Shown here: in pieces, positions 30,243 to 38,476 of the stretch
How positions within the stretch are numbered: position 1 is the stretch's first letter
How the letters are laid out: each line of letters starts with the position of its first letter
Assembly: GCF_042676025.1 (NCBI RefSeq)
Contig: NZ_JBHTJP010000032.1
Span: 873,709-937,708, forward strand
DNA: 64,000 bases
Origin: Salinimicrobium gaetbulicola
GTDB lineage: Bacteria > Bacteroidota > Bacteroidia > Flavobacteriales > Flavobacteriaceae
Direction of reading: 5' to 3'
Translations under genes and position numbers: made by a program
The notes under the pieces: model-generated
What the model was told of the DNA's origin: nothing
Seen by the model: the letters and a program-made list of their open reading frames with translations, nothing else
The model's database searches: none

Positions 30243-30953
30243 TTGGGCAACCTTTATGACATTTTATTCTCTGAGGTCAACCTTATATTGACCGTTCTCC
30301 TCATTGTTCTCCTTCTTTACTGGATAGTTTCAATGATTGGCGGATTAGACTTCGACGTTGACTTTGATGTAGAGGTCGATCTTGATCCGGCGATTGACGC
30401 CGGCACCGCAATAGATGGAGGCAATATGGATTTCCAGGACCTCTCCAATGCGGAAGTGAACCAGGAAGATGTGGTGGGAAAAAGACGAAGACCACTTAAA
30501 TGGTGGCAGGTTTTTTTAATCTACTTCAATTTTGTTGGACTTCCCTTCATGTTCACCTTTACCTGTTGGATTTTTATTTGGTGGTTTATGACCGCATTGA
30601 CTACGGCAATGACCTTTTCCTATGACAATTATTTCGGCTTTGCGATTATGTTGATTGCCATGTTTCCGGCACTTATCGTCAACAAAATACTCACAACCCC
30701 TTTTAAAGGTTTCTTTAAAAATCTGAACAAAAACGGTGACACCCCTATAGATTATCTTGGCCGAAAAGGTCTTTTACTCTCTTCTATCTCAGGTGACAGG
30801 ATGGGTAATGCCGAAGTAAAAGTCGACGGCAACACCATGTCTATTTATGTAAAATCCCTTTCCGGAGATCCCCTACCCTACGGAAGCAATATTTTAATTA
30901 TTAAAAGGTCTCCGGACCAAAATTACTACCTAGTTGAAAATTATAACGAATAA
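30243..30953 (+). CDS. NfeD/YqiJ-like membrane protein (N-terminal TM helices plus C-terminal OB-fold), predicted partner of the flotillin
   Basis: Several TM helices, then a C-terminal soluble beta-rich domain (GRKGLLLSSISGDRMGNAEVKVDGNTMSIYVKS…ILIIKR). It sits immediately upstream of an SPFH protein, as in the yqiJ-yqiK and nfeD-floA pairs. TTG start 2 nt after the pspA stop. Confidence 0.6.
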   Translation: MGNLYDILFSEVNLILTVLLIVLLLYWIVSMIGGLDFDVDFDVEVDLDPAIDAGTAIDGGNMDFQDLSNAEVNQEDVVGKRRRPLKWWQVFLIYFNFVGLPFMFTFTCWIFIWWFMTALTTAMTFSYDNYFGFAIMLIAMFPALIVNKILTTPFKGFFKNLNKNGDTPIDYLGRKGLLLSSISGDRMGNAEVKVDGNTMSIYVKSLSGDPLPYGSNILIIKRSPDQNYYLVENYNE

Positions 30954-30964
30954 ATAAAAATTTA

Positions 30965-33037
30965 ATGGAATCAATTCTACAAATTATCGGACTTGGAATA
31001 GGCGTGCTGCTGTTCCTTATAGTAGTCTATTTCGCGATCATTGCGATGTTCTACAAAAAAGTTCCGCAGGGGCAGGCATTAATCAGAACAGGGTTTGGAG
31101 GCACCCAGGTCGCAACAGACAAAGGACTATATGTTGTTCCTGTTTTTCACAAAGTGGAGATCATGGATGTTTCTGTCAAAAAAATTCAGATCGAGCGATT
31201 GGCTCACGAAGGGCTTATCTGTAAAGACAATATGAGAGCAGACATCAAAGTTGCTTTTTTTGTAAGAGTAAATAACGATGTGGAATATATTAAAAAAGTG
31301 GCCCAAACCATTGGAGTAGCCCGTGCATCTAGGATCGAAACCCTGGAAGATCTGTTTGAGGCAAAATTTTCCGAAGCTTTAAAAACAGTCGGTAAAAAAT
31401 TTGAATTTATTGAACTATATGAAGCCCGCCGGGAATTTCGCGATGAAATCGTTGACATTATAGGGACTGATCTTAATGGATATACCCTCGAAGACTGCGC
31501 AATTGATTATTTGGAGCAAACTTCAATAAAAGAGCTAAAGCCGGACAATATCCTTGATGCAGAAGGTATCAAAAAGATCACTGAATTAACCGCGGTTCAA
31601 AGTGTTAAAGCAAATCTTATCAAAAGGGACGAAGAAAAAACCATCAGGAAGCAGGATGTAGAGGCAAGAGAAGCCATTCTTGAACTGGATAAGCAGTTAG
31701 CTGAAAAAGAAGAGCAGCAAAAACGTGAGATCGCAAATATCAAGTCTCGTGAAGAAGCTGAAACACTGAAAGTAGCTGAAGAGGAGCGGTTAAAATCTGA
31801 AACTGCTCGCATTATCACTCTGGAAAAAGTAAAGGTTGCCGAAGAAAACATGGAGCGCCAGGTTATTGTTGCCCTTAAAAACAAACAACGCACCGATGCT
31901 GTCGAAACAGAACGTGTGGAAAAAGATCGTTTACTCGAAGCTACCGAGCGGGAAAGAGTAGTGACCCTTGCACAGATCGAGAAAGAAAAAGTGGTGGAAG
32001 TTGAGAAGAAAAACATCCAAGATATTATCCGCGATAGGGTCGCCCTGGAAAAAGGCGTGGTCGAAGAGCAGGAAAACATGAAAGATATCCAGGCTTTTAA
32101 AACTGCAGACCGTGACAAACAGGTAAAAATCACTCTTGCTGAGGCCAATGCTGAGGAAGATCTTATTAAAACCATTAAAGCTGCTGAAGCACAAAAAGAA
32201 GCCGCAAAACAAAAAGCTGAAGAGATCAATATCGAGGCCCTTGCTCATAAAGAAGCTAGTGAGAAAGAAGCTGAGGCTCGCAAGATCCTTGCTGAAGCAC
32301 AGGCCAAAGAAGAAGCTACTGTTGGAATGTCTGAAGCACAAGTAATGCATGCAAAAGCAGATGCAAATGAGCGTCAGGGACTGGTAGAAGCCAATATTAT
32401 TGAGAAAAAAGCCAAAGCAGAAGCGGCCGGTATTGAGGCCAAAGCCGAGGCGAAGCGTAAAGACGGACTTGCAGAAGCTGCGGTAATAAAAGAAAAGGCA
32501 TTATCTGATGCTGCCGGGATCGAAGAGAAAGCAAATGCTATGAAGAAACTGGATGGCGTAGGTAAAGACCATGAAGAATTTAAACTGCGCCTGGACAAGG
32601 ACCTGAAGGTAGACCTTGCACACATCAATGTTCACAGGGATATTGCAGACGCCCAGGCAAAAGTACTTGGAGATGCATTAAAAGCTGCTAAAATCGATAT
32701 TGTAGGTGGTGAAACAATGTTCTTTGAACAGATCGTTGGACAGATTGCCAGAGGAAAAGGAATTGACCGACTTGTAGAGAACAGCAGCAACATACGCGAA
32801 GTCAAAGAAGCTGTTCTGGGTGATGAACAGGCCAATGGAAACCTACTGGACAAGATCAAGACCTTTACAGAAAAATACGGTATATCTGCAGAAGACATCA
32901 AGAACCTCACTGTTGCCAACCTGTTACTCGATCTAAAGAGAAAATCTGATGATTCAGGAGAGCAGTCTACCCTCAGTAATTTGCTGAATATGGCTAATGA
33001 ACTGGGCATCGCAAACAAACCAATCAACAAACTCTAG
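30965..33037 (+). CDS. flotillin-family SPFH/band-7 protein (YqiK/FloT-like)
   Basis: N-terminal TM helix, an SPFH domain (…VPQGQALIRTGFGG…YVVPVFHKVEIMDVS…), then a ~350-aa E/A/K-rich coiled coil typical of flotillins. Confidence 0.85.
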   Translation: MESILQIIGLGIGVLLFLIVVYFAIIAMFYKKVPQGQALIRTGFGGTQVATDKGLYVVPVFHKVEIMDVSVKKIQIERLAHEGLICKDNMRADIKVAFFVRVNNDVEYIKKVAQTIGVARASRIETLEDLFEAKFSEALKTVGKKFEFIELYEARREFRDEIVDIIGTDLNGYTLEDCAIDYLEQTSIKELKPDNILDAEGIKKITELTAVQSVKANLIKRDEEKTIRKQDVEAREAILELDKQLAEKEEQQKREIANIKSREEAETLKVAEEERLKSETARIITLEKVKVAEENMERQVIVALKNKQRTDAVETERVEKDRLLEATERERVVTLAQIEKEKVVEVEKKNIQDIIRDRVALEKGVVEEQENMKDIQAFKTADRDKQVKITLAEANAEEDLIKTIKAAEAQKEAAKQKAEEINIEALAHKEASEKEAEARKILAEAQAKEEATVGMSEAQVMHAKADANERQGLVEANIIEKKAKAEAAGIEAKAEAKRKDGLAEAAVIKEKALSDAAGIEEKANAMKKLDGVGKDHEEFKLRLDKDLKVDLAHINVHRDIADAQAKVLGDALKAAKIDIVGGETMFFEQIVGQIARGKGIDRLVENSSNIREVKEAVLGDEQANGNLLDKIKTFTEKYGISAEDIKNLTVANLLLDLKRKSDDSGEQSTLSNLLNMANELGIANKPINKL

Positions 33038-33044
33038 CAGAATT

Positions 33045-33080
33045 AAGCGCCCTGGTAATTCTTAACAGGGCGCTGTTTTT
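33045..33080 (+). terminator. rho-independent terminator after the flotillin gene
   Basis: GCGCCCTGgtaattcttaaCAGGGCGC hairpin followed by TGTTTTT. Confidence 0.6.
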
Positions 33081-33244
33081 ATCGACTTATAAAACTTCCA
33101 CTTAAGGCAAACTTGCTATTTAGTTAGGATAAGTAGTTATACCAATGGGACGCATGAAAAATACAAGAGTAATAAGAACTCATTTTTAAAGCCACCCGTA
33201 TGGACAACAGCAATAATATTTTCGCCTAAAAGGAAAAAGCAGAA

Positions 33245-36200
33245 TTGGAAATGGCAGTACAGGAACAAAAAAATAAATCATCACAGACTCTGGACGGCGG
33301 TACTTATGAAGTGATCCAGGGCAGGTTACAGAAACAGAAAAAGGATTTACAGGATCGGCTGCAAAAACTCGATACAGATCGTAAAAAGGTTTTTGGTTCC
33401 CTGGAAACCAAATTGATTTCCAATGACAGGATCAATACAGAAAACCGCTGCATAGCCCGGGATATTGTGTCGTTCGGTGACACCTGTCTATTTGGGTACA
33501 ATGTTCATTTTGGACTGCGTACAGAGATTAATATATCTGATGTTTTCAGTGTCTATGAGTTTAAAAATAATAAACTAGAACCCAAGACCCTAGAGATATT
33601 AGAGAACGAACTTTTTCAGTCAGATTTCACCAACCTTTATAAATATTACCGTCATACCATTTTTTCGAAGTTCGCCATCATTGGAAATTACCTGTATATG
33701 GTCTTTAGGTTGAGCGAAAGTGTAACCGATATTAAAACCTTTAAATGGCTTATTAAAGAAGAGTCTCTGGAGTACGTGGACAATCGCAGTGATCACGAGT
33801 ATAAATTCCAGGCACAGCACGAATTTAAATGGCGGGAAGTAACAAGAGATATGCACCGCTACGGTGTTCATTCCCACGTCTCGATTCTCGATCGAGTATT
33901 TGTAGAAACCATCGGTGGGGACCTTACTATTAAAATAGAAGATAATACCGAAGACGGTAAAGGCATTCTCACTGAGCCTGTTGAACATCGTGATCAGACA
34001 TTAGATGATGGAAATTATAGATTTGGCCAAATAGGAAATTTGATTCCGTTAGAGATAAAACCTTTTCAAGAACCGGCACGTTATTTTGTTTATAATCATA
34101 AGCTTCGTGAAGTAAAGAAGATCGAGAGCATAAAAGAAAGCTGCATTCTTCTTCCGGACGACCAGGGGATCATTTTTCCTAATGGTTATTACTTGCAAAC
34201 CGGCGAATACAAAATTTTCACGAACAGCATTGATGATGTAAAATTCGAGCAGAAGATAGCGTCACCCAACGGTGAAGACTTTTTGTACGTCTTCTACTCT
34301 CCCCAGAAAGGTTTGTACAACCTAATGTCCTACAATATCATTAGCCGCGAAATTCAGACCCCAATCATCTGTAACGGATTCACCCTGCTCAAAAATGGAG
34401 AACTATGCTATTTCAGGAGTGAAGAGGAACAAACCCGGCACCATGTGATCCAGATTTGGCAAACGCCTTTTCTGAAGGGGGACTTTATGCCTTCACAACA
34501 CGAGGACACTTTGCTCTATAAGATCGGAAATAAGGAAATTGTACAGGCAATGGCCGAAGCAAACAGCCTTATCAACCTGCTGAACAAGGAGGACAACTAT
34601 GACGGACTCTACAATGACATTGCCCGGGTTTCCAAAGACATTCTCGATTCCTATTACTGGTTGCCCGAAGCAGAATCCCAACAGCTAAATGAGCCTCTTT
34701 CTGAAATTAACAAGGCAGCCAATGCTGCAATGGATGAATTCGAGAAAGTGGTGCAGCTTAAGAAGAATGCAACGAAGCAGACTAATGAAATACAGGAAAA
34801 AGCGGAAGCCCTTTTCACAAAGATCAAGAGCTCTTCCTTTAATTCAATTAATGACTTTGTCGCATTCCTAACTGAACTTCGAAAACTGCGCGGGGAAGCA
34901 CTTTCCCTGAAGGAAGTGCGCTACGTCAATGAAGAGTTCATCAAAAAATTAGAGGAGGAAATAGCAACTCATACTACAAAACTTTCTGAGCGCTGTGTAA
35001 AATTCCTGCTCGATGAAAAGGCCTTACAGCCATATCATGACAAAGTTGGGGAAAAACAGGCGGCTTTAGAAAAGGTTACCAAGGTTGTGGATGTTCGTAA
35101 ATTGGAAGAAGAGGTGAACCAGATCGCTGCAGACCTGGAATTGCTAATAGATATAATTACGAATCTGGATATTGAAGACACCTCCCACTCTACCACGATC
35201 ATCGATAACATCTCGCTGATCTTTTCGACAATAAATCAGCTGAAAGCTGCGCTAAAGAACAAAAAGAATGCCTTGGGTAGTGCAGAGGCACGTGCCGATT
35301 TTGCCGCACAATTAAAACTAATTGATCAAAGTATCATCAATTACCTAGACATGGCAGGCACTCCCGAAAAATGTGATGAATTCCAGACGAAGATCTCCAT
35401 TCAACTGGAAGAGTTGGAGGGAAAATTTACCGACTTCGAAGAGTTCATAGGGAGCATTATTGAAAAACGGGAAGAAGTCCACGCTGCTTTTGAGTCCAAA
35501 AAGAATGCGCTTGTCGAAAAACGGAACAAAAAAGCCCTTGCTCTTCACAATGCCTCTGAAAGGATCCTGAAGGGTGCCCGTTCAAAGGTGCAAAGTTTTC
35601 GTACCGCCGCAGAGATCCAGGGCTATTTCGCTTCAGATCTTATGATCAACAAAGTTCGGGACATCATTCAGCAACTAAAGGATCTCGATGATTCAGGAAA
35701 AGCTGAAGAGATCGAGACCAGCCTTAAGTCGGCACGTGAGAACGCACTCCGGCAATTAAAGGATAAGCTCGACCTATATGAAGATGGTGACAACATAATA
35801 AGATTGGGAAAACATAAATTCGGGGTAAACAAGCAGCCACTTGACCTCAGTATTGTTTTCAAAAGCGGAACCCCTTACTGTCATTTAACAGGAACCGATT
35901 TTTACCAGGAACTCAGCGATTCAACTCTTCTCAATTCCAAAGATCTCTGGGACCAGGAATTTGTTTCTGAAAATTCAAAAGTCTATCGTTCCTCATACCT
36001 TGCCTATAAGCTGTTCAAAAAACTGCCTCATGAGCAATTGCTCCATGCCGGAGAGGAAGAATTACTAAGGATCGTACAGCAGGAAAGTAGCAGCGATTAT
36101 TCAGAAGGTTACCTTAAAGGAGTTCACGATGTAGATGCAAGTAAAATCCTAAAGGTGCTTGTGCATAAACATCACGCAATGGGTTTATTACGATTTCCTC

Positions 36201-38173
36201 CCAAAATACGTGCCTACGCCCAGTACTTCTGGAACAGCCTTCCTGAAAAAATAAAAGATGATCTTGACCGAGGATTAAAAGCTTCAGGCGAGGTACTGAG
36301 TATTTTTCCGGACACCCAAGAATATGACTTTGTCATTAGAGACCTGAGCGACCATGCTAGAAAATTTGCTACGGAAACAGCACTTTTTGATCCTGCTCTG
36401 AGTGAAGAAATAGCAGCTTATATTTTTGAAGAATTGCAGGGCGATGACGAATTTGAACGCAGCCATGTCGCCCTTACCATAAAAGGAGATTTCTGGAAAG
36501 CCTTGAAAAAGGAGCAGGTAGATCTAAGGTTTAAAAACAGCTTGGAATCGGTGACTAATTATGTAGACAGAATTCGCCTGGTAAAGCAATGGATCTCGGC
36601 TTTCGTGAACAGCAAAGCTAAAGCTGAAAAGACTTCTGAAACGATTGAAGCCACTAATTACATTGATGAAGTTGTTTGCCGAATTTTATCTGAGGATGAA
36701 TCAGTTTCCAAAACCAAAACGGTGACCCCCGCGGAGACCATAGAAGGTCTTACCGGCGATCATCCTACTTTCAAAAAAGGCATCTTTCATTTTCAATATC
36801 ATAACTTTATTTCTCAACTGGAGCAGTTTGTAAGAGAAGATATTCCCACGTATAACACCTACCGGAAAACCAAACATGCGCTCACAAAGCAACTGAAAGA
36901 GGAACTAAAACTGGAAGAATTCAAACCAAGAGTACTGACTTCTTTTGTCCGGAATAAATTGATAGACCAAGTTTACTTTCCGCTGTTTGGAGACAACCTG
37001 GCAAAACAGCTGGGAACCGTTGGAGATAAAACCAGGACAGACCGAAGCGGAATGCTTCTACTCGTATCCCCACCGGGATACGGTAAAACCACGTTAATGG
37101 AATACATTGCCGATCGTCTGGGGCTCGTTTTTATGCGCATCAACGGACCTGCAATCGGGCATGATATCACTTCAATAGATCCGGCTTCGGCTACCAATTC
37201 AGGTGCCAGGGAGGAGTTGAAGAAGCTAAATCTGGCGTTTGAAATGGGCAACAATGTGATGTTGTATCTGGATGATATACAGCATTGTAATCCAGAATTC
37301 CTCCAGAAATTCATTTCCCTTTCTGACGGAACCAGAAAAATTGAAGGGATATTTAACGGAAGATCCAAAACCTATGATTTGCGTGGAAAGAAATTCTGCG
37401 TGATCATGGCAGGGAACCCATACACCGAAACCGGGGATAAATTCAGAATACCTGATATGCTGGCGAACAGGGCAGATATCTACAACCTGGGAGACATCAT
37501 TGGTGATACAGAGCACCTGTTCAAACTCAGTTTGATCGAAAACTCCCTCACTTCTAATCCTCTTTTGCAGCAGCTTAGCAGCTCCAACTTTGAGGATGTA
37601 TATACGCTTTTGGATCGTGTGGAAAATAACAACCAGGAGACGCAACTAATAGGCAATCACAGCTCACAAGATGTTCAGGAATACACTTCAATACTAAAAA
37701 AGGTGGTTAGCCTTCGCGATACAGTACTAAAAGTAAATGCTGCTTATATCAAAAGTGCAGCTATGGAAGATGAATACAGAATAGAACCTGCATTTAAGTT
37801 GCAGGGCTCCTATAGAGATATGAACAAACTTGTGGCGAAAGTAGTGCCGATCATGGACGAGAAAGAGCTACAGCGATTGGTTCTTTCCCATTATGAAAGT
37901 GAATCACAAACCCTCACCTCCTCTGCCGAAGCAAACCTGCTAAAGTTCAAAGAACTGGTAAATGCATTGAATCCTGAAGAACAGGAACGTTGGACCAAGA
38001 TTTGCGAAACATTTTTAAAAAACAATAAACTGAAAGCTTTTGGAGACAAAAATGAAATGGCACAGGTACTATCCCAGATGATGCTGTTCTCTGAAAACCT
38101 TGAAGGTATCAAGAAAGTTCTGGAGCGGGGAATTGAAAACGGACTTGAACGCCCCGAATTGCCGCAGTTATAA
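33245..38173 (+). CDS. giant (1642 aa) multidomain protein with a single AAA+ ATPase domain (MoxR/dynein-like AAA_5-type) near the C-terminus
   Basis: Walker A LLLVSPPGYGKTTLMEY (~aa 1275), Walker B-like VMLYLDDIQH, and a downstream sensor/Arg region (MAGNPYTETGDKFRIPDMLANRADIY). The N-terminal ~470 aa is a globular region of unknown function. aa ~470-1250 is helical/coiled-coil rich. Confidence 0.8.
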   Translation: MEMAVQEQKNKSSQTLDGGTYEVIQGRLQKQKKDLQDRLQKLDTDRKKVFGSLETKLISNDRINTENRCIARDIVSFGDTCLFGYNVHFGLRTEINISDVFSVYEFKNNKLEPKTLEILENELFQSDFTNLYKYYRHTIFSKFAIIGNYLYMVFRLSESVTDIKTFKWLIKEESLEYVDNRSDHEYKFQAQHEFKWREVTRDMHRYGVHSHVSILDRVFVETIGGDLTIKIEDNTEDGKGILTEPVEHRDQTLDDGNYRFGQIGNLIPLEIKPFQEPARYFVYNHKLREVKKIESIKESCILLPDDQGIIFPNGYYLQTGEYKIFTNSIDDVKFEQKIASPNGEDFLYVFYSPQKGLYNLMSYNIISREIQTPIICNGFTLLKNGELCYFRSEEEQTRHHVIQIWQTPFLKGDFMPSQHEDTLLYKIGNKEIVQAMAEANSLINLLNKEDNYDGLYNDIARVSKDILDSYYWLPEAESQQLNEPLSEINKAANAAMDEFEKVVQLKKNATKQTNEIQEKAEALFTKIKSSSFNSINDFVAFLTELRKLRGEALSLKEVRYVNEEFIKKLEEEIATHTTKLSERCVKFLLDEKALQPYHDKVGEKQAALEKVTKVVDVRKLEEEVNQIAADLELLIDIITNLDIEDTSHSTTIIDNISLIFSTINQLKAALKNKKNALGSAEARADFAAQLKLIDQSIINYLDMAGTPEKCDEFQTKISIQLEELEGKFTDFEEFIGSIIEKREEVHAAFESKKNALVEKRNKKALALHNASERILKGARSKVQSFRTAAEIQGYFASDLMINKVRDIIQQLKDLDDSGKAEEIETSLKSARENALRQLKDKLDLYEDGDNIIRLGKHKFGVNKQPLDLSIVFKSGTPYCHLTGTDFYQELSDSTLLNSKDLWDQEFVSENSKVYRSSYLAYKLFKKLPHEQLLHAGEEELLRIVQQESSSDYSEGYLKGVHDVDASKILKVLVHKHHAMGLLRFPPKIRAYAQYFWNSLPEKIKDDLDRGLKASGEVLSIFPDTQEYDFVIRDLSDHARKFATETALFDPALSEEIAAYIFEELQGDDEFERSHVALTIKGDFWKALKKEQVDLRFKNSLESVTNYVDRIRLVKQWISAFVNSKAKAEKTSETIEATNYIDEVVCRILSEDESVSKTKTVTPAETIEGLTGDHPTFKKGIFHFQYHNFISQLEQFVREDIPTYNTYRKTKHALTKQLKEELKLEEFKPRVLTSFVRNKLIDQVYFPLFGDNLAKQLGTVGDKTRTDRSGMLLLVSPPGYGKTTLMEYIADRLGLVFMRINGPAIGHDITSIDPASATNSGAREELKKLNLAFEMGNNVMLYLDDIQHCNPEFLQKFISLSDGTRKIEGIFNGRSKTYDLRGKKFCVIMAGNPYTETGDKFRIPDMLANRADIYNLGDIIGDTEHLFKLSLIENSLTSNPLLQQLSSSNFEDVYTLLDRVENNNQETQLIGNHSSQDVQEYTSILKKVVSLRDTVLKVNAAYIKSAAMEDEYRIEPAFKLQGSYRDMNKLVAKVVPIMDEKELQRLVLSHYESESQTLTSSAEANLLKFKELVNALNPEEQERWTKICETFLKNNKLKAFGDKNEMAQVLSQMMLFSENLEGIKKVLERGIENGLERPELPQL

Positions 38174-38190
38174 ATTTAAAAATTCCTTTT

Positions 38191-38247
38191 CCTCCAACTC
38201 CACAATATAACCCGGTAAGCCTTTTTTTACTGGGTTTTTTTGTTTTT
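38191..38247 (+). repeat. repeat C: second copy of the ssrA 3'-end fragment plus terminator (CCTCCAACTCCACAATATAACCCGGTAAGCC…TACTGGGTTTTTTTGTTTTT)
   Basis: ~57 nt, about 88% identical by eye to repeat B (27685-27740). It also acts as a rho-independent terminator for the giant gene. Confidence 0.7.
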
Positions 38248-38476
38248 AGGTGACAAAAATATTTGACTATTTCCTGAGAACTAGCTTAGAGCTTTTGAAC
38301 CTACAGAGCCACATTTCATTATAAACTATTCTGAGTGTTAATTTTTTAATTATAGATCACTGACAATCAATAACGAAGAAAATCCTCAGTAAAAAACAAC
38401 TATTTTTCCTTTGATTATTATTTAGATTGATTCTACATTTGCCATTGTTTTTAATTAATCTAAATAAGAATCATTA

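Larger units (their letters stand above)
27528..38247. mobile_element. putative ssrA-associated genomic island(s) delimited by partial copies of the tmRNA 3' end plus terminator; no integrase seen
   Basis: See the repeat features at 27670-27740, 38191-38247 and 44228-44249. Cargo is a CI-like repressor plus the PspA/NfeD/flotillin operon plus a giant AAA+ protein. The boundaries and the mobility are inferred. Confidence 0.35.

Noticed and set aside
31204-33030. Antisense ORFs inside the flotillin gene (31204..31458, 31597..32229, 31931..32350, 32374..32628, 32632..33030; Ser/Ala/Phe-rich)
   Set aside because: They mirror the low-complexity GAA/GCT/AAA-rich coiled-coil coding strand (E/A/K repeats). 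The forward frame encodes a coherent SPFH plus coiled-coil flotillin. The antisense frames have Ser/Phe/Ala low-complexity composition and no starts or stops at sensible positions.
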